DNA from: a virus
Lineage: Duplodnaviria; Caudoviricetes
DNA length: 60,237 nt
Direction: 5' to 3' (one strand)
Virus record (IMG/VR): IMGVR_UViG_3300025571_000003
Coordinates: 1-60,237 of that record
Shown in pieces: positions 9,086 through 17,635 of the stretch. Made by a program: the position numbers and the translations under genes. Positions within the stretch are counted from its first letter, which is position 1. Each line of letters begins with the position of its first letter. Below the pieces are notes generated by a model. The model was given only the letters and a program-made list of their open reading frames with translations, was not told the DNA's origin and did not search any database.

Positions 9086-9718
9086 ATGACCATGTTTTTG
9101 AAGGAAAGCCTTTCATTTGATCAAGCCAATGTCGTTTATGAGGCCGCAGAGGATCAAGGCGGCAAGGGCAAAAATCTTTTCATGAAGGGCATTTTCATTC
9201 AGGGCGGTGTGCGCAACCTCAACGAGCGCATCTATCCGGTGCGCGAAATTCAGAAGGCCGTAGATCACGTCAATGACATTCTCCGGCGCGGTGAGAGCGT
9301 CCTCGGCGAATGCGACCACCCGGAAGAACTGACGATCAATCTTGATCGTGTTTCCCATAAGATCGAGTCGATGTGGATGGACGGTAATTCCGGCTACGGA
9401 AAGCTCCGTATTCTTCCGACCCCGATGGGAAATATCATAAGAACCCTTATTGAGGCGGACGTAAAACTTGGTGTTTCCAGTCGCGGTTCTGGAAACGTCA
9501 ATGAACGAGGTGAAGTATCCGATTTCGAAATCATCACCGTAGACATCGTTGCCCGGCCGTCCGCTCCAAATGCGTATCCGAAGCCGGTCTACGAAGCCCG
9601 CTACAGCAGACGCGGCGCCGTTATTCAAGACCTCGCCGAAGCTGTTTCTCACGACCCCAAGGCTCAAAAGTATCTCTACGAAGAGCTTATGAACTGGATC
9701 GATAATCTTAAGTGTTAA
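9086..9718 (+). CDS. prohead protease (T4 gp21-like)
   Basis: GIFIQ...N.N.RIYP, LGE.DHP, LGVSSRG.G, D.V..PSAP.AY motifs. Confidence 0.95.
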   Translation: MTMFLKESLSFDQANVVYEAAEDQGGKGKNLFMKGIFIQGGVRNLNERIYPVREIQKAVDHVNDILRRGESVLGECDHPEELTINLDRVSHKIESMWMDGNSGYGKLRILPTPMGNIIRTLIEADVKLGVSSRGSGNVNERGEVSDFEIITVDIVARPSAPNAYPKPVYEARYSRRGAVIQDLAEAVSHDPKAQKYLYEELMNWIDNLKC

Positions 9719-9740
9719 ATACACCGGAGGAGTAATTCTG

Positions 9741-10964
9741 ATGGATAATGTTGCCAAAATTCTTGGAGAGAGCGGTCTTCCGAAGGAGATGATCGATTCC
9801 CTCCAGGAGGCATTCGAAAAGAAGGTCTCGGAAGCGCGCGCTGACATCGAGCTGTCGCTGCGCGAGGAGTTCGCCCAGCGTTATGAGCACGACAAGGCGA
9901 ACCTGGTCGAGGCCATGGATCGCATGCTCTCCGATGTCGTGAACAAGACCGAAAAGGAGAAGGCCGAGGAGGTCGCCAAGCTGAAGGAAGCGCGTGACAA
10001 CTTCGCCACCGCTGTCAAGGAAGCTCGCGAGCACTACAAGGCCAAGCTCGCTGAACACATTTCCCAGTCGCGGAAGCTCATCGATGCGCAGCTGACCAAG
10101 ACGATTCGCTCCCTTAACGAGGAGAAGAAGGCTCTCAAGGCCAGGAAGAAGAAGCTCGATGAGCAGTACCAGGCCGTAAAGGCGGATGTCGCCAAGGCGA
10201 CGGCTCAGCGCCTGAAGAAGATCGACGAATTCGTGGTTAACCAGCTCAGCAAGGAGCTGACGGAGTTCCGCCAGGACAAGCGTGCCCTCGTCGAAGCTCG
10301 CGTCAAGGTCGTTGCGGAAGGCCGTCAGAAGATTGCCGAGACCAGAAAGAAGTTCATCAAGGATGCGGCCCGCAAGGTCGAGTCCGTGATCACATCGACA
10401 CTGAAGCATGAGATGTCTCAGCTTCACGAGGACCTCGAACGGAACCGGCAGAACAACTTCGGTCGCCGTATTTTCGAGGCTGTCGCTGCGGAGTTCATGG
10501 CCTCCTACTTCACCGAGGGGTCTGAAATTCGCAAGCTCCAGAGCATTCTGGAGAGCAAGGACAAGGCTCTCTCCGAGGCCCAGGCCAAGCTCAACGAGGC
10601 CAATGAGGAGCTGAATATTCTCCAGCGCAAGATGCGCCTCGCCGAGGAACGTGCCAATCGCGCGAAGATCATGGGAGAACTCCTGTCCGGTCTGAGCCGC
10701 GAGAAGCGAGCCGTCATGGAGTCTATGCTTGAGACCACCAAGACGGAGCACCTGCGGGCCACCTTCGACAAGCTGCTGCCCGTCGTCCTGAACGAGACGC
10801 GCCGCAAGCATGCCCGCGAGAGAGACGTTCTCAACGAGGCGAAGTCTGTTCGTCGCACCGTCCCCGTCACCGGAGACAAGACCCCCGCTCCCTTCGCTCA
10901 GGGCCTCTTCGAGGAAGACAGCGAGGTTGCTGAGGTTGTGCGTCTCGCAGGCATTCGAAAATAA
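9741..10964 (+). CDS. prohead core scaffold protein (T4 gp22-like)
   Basis: Coiled-coil, LREEFAQRYEHDK and FGRRIFEA.A.EF, ends LAGI. Lies between protease and capsid genes. Confidence 0.85.
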   Translation: MDNVAKILGESGLPKEMIDSLQEAFEKKVSEARADIELSLREEFAQRYEHDKANLVEAMDRMLSDVVNKTEKEKAEEVAKLKEARDNFATAVKEAREHYKAKLAEHISQSRKLIDAQLTKTIRSLNEEKKALKARKKKLDEQYQAVKADVAKATAQRLKKIDEFVVNQLSKELTEFRQDKRALVEARVKVVAEGRQKIAETRKKFIKDAARKVESVITSTLKHEMSQLHEDLERNRQNNFGRRIFEAVAAEFMASYFTEGSEIRKLQSILESKDKALSEAQAKLNEANEELNILQRKMRLAEERANRAKIMGELLSGLSREKRAVMESMLETTKTEHLRATFDKLLPVVLNETRRKHARERDVLNEAKSVRRTVPVTGDKTPAPFAQGLFEEDSEVAEVVRLAGIRK

Positions 10965-11060
10965 GGCTTAAATGCCCGTTTTTAGCGTAATCAAGTAAAT
11001 ATACTTGGAAAAAGTAATTCGGTTTAGCCGGTTCTTTGAAGTAATTGGGAGCAAAATAAT

Positions 11061-12275
11061 ATGAATATTCTTTTCGAGTCCCAGTGGAAGAGAACGAAGG
11101 AAGCCCTCTGCGAGGGTCGTGATCTCACCCACAACCAGGACGGTTCTCGCAACGACACCAAGCGTCGGGTTATGGAAACCGTTCTTGAGAACACCCGCCG
11201 CGAGCTGATGCTGCTTGAGCAGGCCACCGCTGGCGCCACGAACGCCGCCTCGGTCGCGACCCTCAACAAGGTTATCCTGCCGGTCATCCGTCGCGTCATG
11301 CCGACCGTCATTGCGAACGAAATCATCGGTGTTCAGCCGATGACTGGTCCGGTCGCCCAGATTCACACCCTGCGCGTCCGCTATGCCGACACCTTCCCGG
11401 CTGACGGTTCGGGTGTCACCGCTGGCGCTGAGGCCCTGTCGCCCTTCGATATCGCCCGCTTCTACTCGGGTAACGGCGATGTCAACAAGCCGGGCGCTGC
11501 TCCGACCGCCGTGCTTGAGGGGCGCGCTGGTAACCGCCTGTCGATACAGATTCTGAAGCAGGTCGTCGAGGCCAAGACCCGTAAGCTCAGCGCTCGCTGG
11601 ACCTTCGAGGCCGCTCAGGACGCCCAGGCTCAGCAGGGCATCGACATCGAGGCCGAGATTCTCGCGGTTCTCGCCCAGCAGATCACCGCTGAGATCGACC
11701 AGGAAATCCTTGCTTCGCTCCGTGCTCTGCCGGGTGCTCCGACCTCTGTCTTCTCGCAGACCGCCGTGACCGGCACCCCCACCTTCGTCGGTGACGTTCA
11801 CGCCGCTCTCGCCACTCTCATCAACCGTCAGGCCAACCTGATCGCGTCCCGTACGCGCCGTGCGGCTGGTAACTGGGTCGTCGTCTCGCCGACCGCGCTG
11901 ACGATCCTCCAGTCCGCCACCACCTCGGCCTTCGCCCGCACGACCGAGGGCGTGTTCGAGGCTCCGACCAACACCCGTTACGTCGGTACCCTCAACAACA
12001 CCCTGCGCGTCTACGTGGACCAGTATGCGTCTGACTCGACGCCGGTCCTGGTCGGTTACAAAGGCAATGAAACCGATGCTGCGGCGTTCTACTGCCCGTA
12101 CGTCCCGCTGACCTCTTCGGGCGTTCTGATCGACCCGCAGACGATGGAGCCGGTCGTGTCCTTCATGACCCGTTATGGCTACGTGGAGCTTTCGAACTCT
12201 GCGACCTCGCTTGGTAACGCTGCTGATTACCTGGGTCTTGTTGGTATCGACACCTCCTCGCTGACGTTCATCTAA
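11061..12275 (+). CDS. major capsid protein (T4 gp23-like)
   Basis: VIRRVMPT.IANEI.GVQPM.GP, RKL.ARWT.EA.QD, AFYCPY.PL, F.TRYG motifs. TAAATA at 10996-11001. Confidence 0.97.
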   Translation: MNILFESQWKRTKEALCEGRDLTHNQDGSRNDTKRRVMETVLENTRRELMLLEQATAGATNAASVATLNKVILPVIRRVMPTVIANEIIGVQPMTGPVAQIHTLRVRYADTFPADGSGVTAGAEALSPFDIARFYSGNGDVNKPGAAPTAVLEGRAGNRLSIQILKQVVEAKTRKLSARWTFEAAQDAQAQQGIDIEAEILAVLAQQITAEIDQEILASLRALPGAPTSVFSQTAVTGTPTFVGDVHAALATLINRQANLIASRTRRAAGNWVVVSPTALTILQSATTSAFARTTEGVFEAPTNTRYVGTLNNTLRVYVDQYASDSTPVLVGYKGNETDAAAFYCPYVPLTSSGVLIDPQTMEPVVSFMTRYGYVELSNSATSLGNAADYLGLVGIDTSSLTFI

Positions 12276-12299
12276 AGAAAGCGGCAAGAAAATGCAAGC

Positions 12300-12333
12300 A
12301 AAAAGGCGCCAATTTCGGCGCCTTTTTGTTTTT
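12300..12333. terminator. bidirectional rho-independent terminator
   Basis: AAAAAGGCGCC-AATTTC-GGCGCCTTTTT between convergent genes. Confidence 0.85.
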
Positions 12334-12354
12334 ACAGGCTGGGCGTAATGCACT

Positions 12355-13551
12355 TCAGTGTCTTGGCGTCCATCTGAACAGCATGGAGCCGCAATCGTAA
12401 ATTCTCCAGAATCCGAGATTGTTCATGATCTCGCGCTCTGTGTCCCCCTCGGCATCGGGAAACATCGACTTGATCTTGTCCTTCCGAAAAAGATAGCGAT
12501 GAAAACGACGAACGCGGTTGCAGTCGATGTACCAGTAGTTGACGTCTGTATTCCTTACGTGTTCGAAGCCGAGTATTTCATACAACCACCCAGTCGCCCA
12601 GCGACGATCGGCATATGAAATGATTTCCTCGGGGTTGTACTCATCAACGAAGGCCTTGAACAGCCGATTGGCGATGCCGGGATACGATCCGCCGTCGGTT
12701 GCGAACCTCAGCAGCTCTACCGGTCCAGACTTGCTCCTTCCAAGAGCCGCTCGCGGTTTGCTGAAGGTCATCACCGCAACGAGACGATCTCCTAGAAACG
12801 CGCCGTACTTCCGCAGAGACGTTTCACGACGCCTTTCCTGTGCCTCTGGAATGAGAACCGCGTTGGTGACGCCGTATTTCGCCAGGAGGGTCTTCTGCTG
12901 CCGCTCGACGCGGACACGTCGCTCCTCTTCGGATAGGGCTGCGTGATGTGTGCGGATGGCCTCAGCCTGATCCTCACGGCGACACAGGCAATGCGAGTTG
13001 TCCTCACAGGAACCATGGTAGCCTTCTAGGACCGATGCGAATGATCGGCGCTGACCATGTTTGCAGATCGTTTCCTCGGGGCCGTTGAGCGCCACGTAGC
13101 AGCGCTCAGCCACCGAGGCGTGCTCAGGCAGCATCTTGGACTTGTTTTCGATCCATCCCATGAGAGACGGGCGTGAGAGGAGGAGGCAAGGGAAGCTCTT
13201 GGGATACTCCTCAATCATGGCCTGAAGTTCCGCAATGGCGTCCCTGTCGTCGGGTAACGCGGCCTTCCTGGCCTCCGCCAGCGCTTCTTCTTTCCTGTGG
13301 GTCAGGACGCTCGAAATGACTTCACTCTTGTGCTCGGCGAGGCACTGGCACGATTTGTCCTTGGAGCAGAACTTCCAGCCGCTTTCGATGTCTTTGAAAG
13401 CGCGTTCGCGACCGTACTTGCATGCGGGAGGGTCATCGTATACCGCAATCCAGACGCGCGCTTTCAGCGGGAGGTCTGAATACTGAGTTGTACTATTTTC
13501 GACAAATGAAAGGAACTCTGCGTTGGCCTTGACGCCACGCATCCAGTTCAT
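12355..13551 (-). CDS. Hef-like homing-endonuclease-family protein, apparently with an internal deletion
   Basis: Two Cys-rich CK(Y/H)G..R.F repeats, KYGV repeat, C-terminal LVAVMTF.KPR..ELLRFA..ISYADRR..RIYDCG. The usual nuclease segment is not visible. Confidence 0.65.
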   Translation of the reverse strand: MNWMRGVKANAEFLSFVENSTTQYSDLPLKARVWIAVYDDPPACKYGRERAFKDIESGWKFCSKDKSCQCLAEHKSEVISSVLTHRKEEALAEARKAALPDDRDAIAELQAMIEEYPKSFPCLLLSRPSLMGWIENKSKMLPEHASVAERCYVALNGPEETICKHGQRRSFASVLEGYHGSCEDNSHCLCRREDQAEAIRTHHAALSEEERRVRVERQQKTLLAKYGVTNAVLIPEAQERRRETSLRKYGAFLGDRLVAVMTFSKPRAALGRSKSGPVELLRFATDGGSYPGIANRLFKAFVDEYNPEEIISYADRRWATGWLYEILGFEHVRNTDVNYWYIDCNRVRRFHRYLFRKDKIKSMFPDAEGDTEREIMNNLGFWRIYDCGSMLFRWTPRH

Positions 13552-13666
13552 CTTTCCGTACTAGGAAATTATTTCATTCAGGCGCTTTCGCGCGCCCTCG
13601 CGGTTGTTTATTATTTCTTTCCGATTCATATCGATACTTATACATCGTTGGCTGCAACAGCGCAAC

Positions 13667-13692
13667 AAAAAGGCCCGCTGGAGCGGGCCTTT
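13667..13692 (-). terminator. terminator of the porin gene
   Basis: AAAGGCCCGCT-CC-AGCGGGCCTTTTT on the minus strand. Confidence 0.8.
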
Positions 13693-13711
13693 CTCATCAA
13701 GTCCGGCTCTG

Positions 13712-14257
13712 TCAGAACCGGTAGTTGACGCCGACCGTGAACAGGTGGTCACGCCCCTTGTTGAACTGGAACGGGGCCACGTAGCGGTACCGGCCGTCGA
13801 TGTCGAGGTTGTCAGTGACGGCATAGCGAAGGCCAGCGCCGAGGACATAGACGCCGATGCGCTCGTTCCACTTCACGTCATCGGCGAAGCGGAAGCCAGC
13901 ACCAGCGAGGACGTAAGGGGTGAAGCGGTCGAAGTCATGCTCCAGGATGGCGTTGGCAGTGAACATGTGGCCGCGCACGCCCTTCTTGCCACCCAGGTAG
14001 TCGTAGTCGGCCTCAAGGCGGACCATGCCGAAGTCATAACCGGCGCCGACACCCACGACGGCGCCCTTTCCGAGAGTTGCGCCGCCAGCGTGACCGGAGA
14101 CATAGAAACCGGTCTTGGCGAAGGTCGGAACGACCATCACGGGACGGGCGGGGAGAGCGGCCCGGTTAGGCACGTCGGCGGCGACGGTCGGCGTGGATGC
14201 GATGGCGACAAATGCGAAAGCGAAAAGGCCAAGCGCGGCCGTAAGAATCTTCTTCAT
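13712..14257 (-). CDS. outer membrane beta-barrel protein (Omp25/RopB-like porin family)
   Basis: Signal peptide MKKILTAALGLFAFAFVA, AADVP...TGFYV.G.AG, TPYVLAGAG, C-terminal VGVNYRF BAM signal. Confidence 0.9.
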   Translation of the reverse strand: MKKILTAALGLFAFAFVAIASTPTVAADVPNRAALPARPVMVVPTFAKTGFYVSGHAGGATLGKGAVVGVGAGYDFGMVRLEADYDYLGGKKGVRGHMFTANAILEHDFDRFTPYVLAGAGFRFADDVKWNERIGVYVLGAGLRYAVTDNLDIDGRYRYVAPFQFNKGRDHLFTVGVNYRF

Positions 14258-14338
14258 GAAATATCCTTCCACTGATTGAAAAAACTCGTTGAACGAGAAT
14301 GCCTCATACATAGCGGAACGCTTGCGTCTATGTCCAGA

Positions 14339-14354
14339 ATTTCGTATACGAAAT
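14339..14354. promoter_or_regulatory. perfect 16-bp palindrome, putative operator/activator site
   Basis: ATTTCGTATACGAAAT just upstream of a TGGACA -35-like hexamer of the porin gene. A related box lies at 30112-30127. Confidence 0.45.
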
Positions 14355-14554
14355 GGCACCTGAGGCGTTCACAGTGATATTTAGGCAACATATTGAGGCA
14401 GAGATAGTGGGCGTATGGGGAATTGTAGGCCGTATATTTTGTCTTGGTGTCGATATGTCCCGACCAAGAAGGAGCATCCACGTAATTCGATAGATGATTC
14501 AGCCCTGGTCGGTCTGACGACATCCTGTCTGACGCAGCGTGATGAGCGGAAGGA

Positions 14555-14788
14555 ATGAGGGAATACGTCATCGAGCTGTGGTGAGTACTGCTCAGTGAGT
14601 ACGCCGCAGCAGCTACACCGGGTGAGCGTTTCCCAGAAACGCTGGACATTCGCGTCGGGAGGGCCGCCATCGAGTACATTCGCAGGACGCCGCTCAGGAA
14701 GCTCTTCCCCGATACCTTTGACCGCGAGTGGTCTGACGAGGAGCTGGCGGCGCTCGAAAACACACGAAGGAGAAAGGGCCCGGCGTAA
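14555..14788 (+). pseudogene. paralog of the next gene with in-frame TGA at codon 10
   Basis: MREYVIELW*VLL..IRVGRAAIEYIRRTPL..EWSDEEL aligns with MRGYVIALGREI..IRIGKVAVDFVRATPL..EWGEEEL (14985-15431). Confidence 0.65.
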
Positions 14789-14984
14789 TTAAGGTTTTCG
14801 CGGACACATTTCGGATCGAGAACCGTCTTGAGAACGTTACCGTTCATATTTCGTCTGACATGACAACGTCATCGGACGAAGAGAAGAGAATGGAATTTTT
14901 CTTCTATGGACGGAACAGCCTAGATAAGGTATACGAAATACGCGGAGTTACCAAAGATAGGCGAGTAACGAGTTGAGGGACACG

Positions 14985-15431
14985 ATGAGGGGTTATGTCA
15001 TTGCGCTAGGGAGGGAGATCGCCGTCTGTTACGCTCAGGAGATGGAGGACCAGAACGGGGCGCCTCCCGACGAGAGCCACTTCATCCGTATCGGGAAGGT
15101 CGCTGTGGACTTCGTGCGGGCAACTCCGCTGACGACCATGTTTGACGCCTTTGACAGGGCGGAGTGGGGTGAGGAGGAGTTGATCGAGATCGGGCGGATC
15201 ACGCAGACGCATCCTCTATCCTACGAGCGCAGGGGTGTCGGTAGCTCCGACCGTCACGACTGTCACGTCATTCGCAATCATGATGGCGAGATCGACGTTT
15301 TCCTGACTACCAGTCGGGATCGTTATATCGAGGAAATTGTAAATCTGCGTCGGTTCGCTATTGGGCGTTCCGCCCTGTTCAAGATGATTGAGTTTTCCCG
15401 GTGCAATGAGGAAGTCGTGAATGCTATTTAG
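14985..15431 (+). CDS. hypothetical protein
   Basis: GAGGG RBS, followed by a terminator hairpin at 15448-15474. Confidence 0.7.
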   Translation: MRGYVIALGREIAVCYAQEMEDQNGAPPDESHFIRIGKVAVDFVRATPLTTMFDAFDRAEWGEEELIEIGRITQTHPLSYERRGVGSSDRHDCHVIRNHDGEIDVFLTTSRDRYIEEIVNLRRFAIGRSALFKMIEFSRCNEEVVNAI

Positions 15432-15447
15432 TCGATAGACGGGGCAC

Positions 15448-15474
15448 AAAAACCGCCGATACACGGCGGTTTTT
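15448..15474 (+). terminator. rho-independent terminator
   Basis: AAAAACCGCCG-ATACA-CGGCGGTTTTT. Confidence 0.75.
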
Positions 15475-15531
15475 ACATTCTAAATAGTCATGTGCGGCAC
15501 AAATAAACCAACCCACAAAAGGGAGGCCCAC

Positions 15532-16308
15532 GTGGCTAAACACTGTACCCGGCGTGCCAAGCGCGCCAATAAGCCAAACCCGCGTGAGGACCGGAACTAC
15601 GGTCGTCACACTCATGAAGCTGAGATCATCCCGATCGGTGACCACGAGGATCGCAGGCTGGCCCGGAAGAGGCGAGTGGAAATCATCCCGCGCAATCTCG
15701 CCCAGGAGGAATACGTCGAAACCCTCTACGACGCGAGCAAGCACATCGTCTTCGCAATGGGACCTGCCGGATGCGGCAAGACTCTCCTCGCGACTCTATA
15801 TGCCATCCAGCAACTCCAGACAGGCAGTATCGATCGGATTGTCATCACCCGTCCGGCCGTGAGCACAGACGAGCAGCACGGGTTCCTGCCTGGAACTATC
15901 ATCGACAAGATGTCTCCTTGGGTCACCCCCATCATGGACGTGTTCAAGGAGCACTACTCGGTCTCACAGGTGGAGCGCATGCTTCAGGAGGAGATCATCG
16001 AGATCGCTCCCCTGGCCTATATGCGCGGCAGGACCTTCAAGCGGTCCATCGTGATCTTCGACGAGGCCCAGAATGCGAGCTCAAGCCAGATGAAGATGGT
16101 GCTCACCAGAATTGGAGAAGGCACCCGAATCTTCGTGACAGGCGATCTCCAGCAACACGACAGAGGCTACGCTCAGAACGGCCTCAAGGACTTCGTTGAA
16201 AGACTGGAACGTATAGGATCGGATGCCATTGCAGTTTGTAAGTTCACTAATGAAGATGTTGAGCGTCATCCCGTGATTGAGGACGTTCTTAGGATTTACG
16301 GAGATTAA
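15532..16308 (+). CDS. phoH: PhoH-family ATPase
   Basis: GPAGCGKT P-loop, GFLPG, APLAYMRGRTF, DEAQN, VLTRIG, GD..Q.D, RHP.I motifs. GGAGG RBS before GTG. Confidence 0.95.
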   Translation: MAKHCTRRAKRANKPNPREDRNYGRHTHEAEIIPIGDHEDRRLARKRRVEIIPRNLAQEEYVETLYDASKHIVFAMGPAGCGKTLLATLYAIQQLQTGSIDRIVITRPAVSTDEQHGFLPGTIIDKMSPWVTPIMDVFKEHYSVSQVERMLQEEIIEIAPLAYMRGRTFKRSIVIFDEAQNASSSQMKMVLTRIGEGTRIFVTGDLQQHDRGYAQNGLKDFVERLERIGSDAIAVCKFTNEDVERHPVIEDVLRIYGD

Positions 16309-16714
16309 TGAGCGCCTAATTGTTGGCCGCACACAGTGCCTCTGGGTTGCGCCCGGAGGCTTTTCATTTTAGAATTATCGTATTACGCAATGCTGGGGGA
16401 TAGATGTAACATATCAAATCCATCGGAGATTTCTATGAGGGAATCCTATTGGCGGGGGAATGTTTTGGTATCAGTCCCTCTCGAAGGGGAAGAAGAAAAG
16501 AAACTCGCCCAGATCGGTGGCCGGTCGGCACAGAGGGGTGGACCGTTACCTGCGGCGATGATGCCGCGCCCACCAAGTTTCAGGATTACAACGAGGCGCG
16601 TAGGTTTGTGCGGGCGAAGATGCGTGCCGCTGGATACTCCATCATCTCATCAAAGGACGGCCGCCGACGGTCAGGGCGAATGACCTTCGATTGAAAGGCA
16701 CCGTGCGGTGCCTT

Positions 16715-17287
16715 CTACATCCGCCAGTGCTGATTGCACCTGGCCTCGTACTTATCAGTCGCCCCAAGCTCGATGTGGGGTCCATCCGCAGCGTGGTGAC
16801 CGGTGGTTGAGCGATGGGTCTTTGACGCCGGTCGGCCGCAGACCGTGCAGTTTGCCCTGGCCTTGATGATCTCGTCCGCCATGGCGGCAAGACTGGCTGT
16901 GATCGCGAACGGAACTCCGTTGATGTCCAGATCGAGACCACCAGCGACCACGTCGATACCCCTTCCGAGGCACCCACGGACCCAGGAGACAGTGTCCCCG
17001 GATACGTAGGGCTCCATCATGAACTGGACCTCGTCCAAGACCACGAGATCGACACCCTGCATGTCGTCGAGAGGGGGGAGGGTGGTCAGGTTTTCTGCCG
17101 TCGTCCTCAGGCCGTCGTGGGAGACGATCTCAGTCTCGGAATAGCGATTATCGAACGCGGGCTTGAAAACGCGAACATGCAGTCCCTGACCGTTGCGCGC
17201 CCACAGGACACGCTTCAACATTTCGGTCGTCTTTCCGGCGTACATCGGCCCGCAAACAAGAGTAAGTGAACCGTAACTCATGGTCAT
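16715..17287 (-). CDS. tdk: thymidine kinase (TK1 type)
   Basis: GPMYAGKT, D.RY, DEVQF, GLDLD..G.PF, C..C...Y.ARC zinc motifs. Confidence 0.95.
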   Translation of the reverse strand: MTMSYGSLTLVCGPMYAGKTTEMLKRVLWARNGQGLHVRVFKPAFDNRYSETEIVSHDGLRTTAENLTTLPPLDDMQGVDLVVLDEVQFMMEPYVSGDTVSWVRGCLGRGIDVVAGGLDLDINGVPFAITASLAAMADEIIKARANCTVCGRPASKTHRSTTGHHAADGPHIELGATDKYEARCNQHWRM

Positions 17288-17372
17288 TATTAAATCAATA
17301 TCATAAAAATCGACATATATAATATTCGTTGAACGCTATAATTCCTTGAATTTACGTCAATTACGTAGAGTT

Positions 17373-17590
17373 GGAGGCTCGACAGGTCCTAGAAGGTGTC
17401 GTCGAACCTGTCGAGTTTCGCTGACGGCGGTGTCGATCTCGTTCTAATCGACGATCAGATGGACCCGTGTGCGAATGACACGGGCCACGGGTCTGATGTC
17501 CTCTTGAGACAAGCACAGCCAGGCTGTGTTGTGTCATTGAGGTCGCAAGCTACCACCGAGAATAGAGCGAGGTCGATGGCGTTTTCGTCC
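17373..17590 (+). ncRNA. candidate structured intergenic RNA
   Basis: 10-bp hairpin CTCGACAGGT/ACCTGTCGAG. A 15-bp stem (17432-17446/17563-17577, 3 G-U pairs valid only on +) encloses two further hairpins. Confidence 0.35.
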
Positions 17591-17635
17591 TGGGTGACAC
17601 AGAAGCACAGAGAAGCTCCCGAATATCGCCTATAA

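Noticed and set aside
2934-12353. Long antisense ORFs opposite the structural genes (also opposite pol and the fibre genes)
   Set aside because: Shadow frames caused by strong GC3 codon bias. The sense ORFs carry the recognisable motifs.
14582-14584. Stop-codon recoding (TGA readthrough) as a genome feature
   Set aside because: Single case. Core genes end normally at TGA, TAA and TAG, and no suppressor tRNA is in the window.
14400-14900. Imperfect hairpins near 14442-14468 and 14849-14880
   Set aside because: Short and imperfect, with no matched promoter/terminator pair. Within chance expectation at this GC content.
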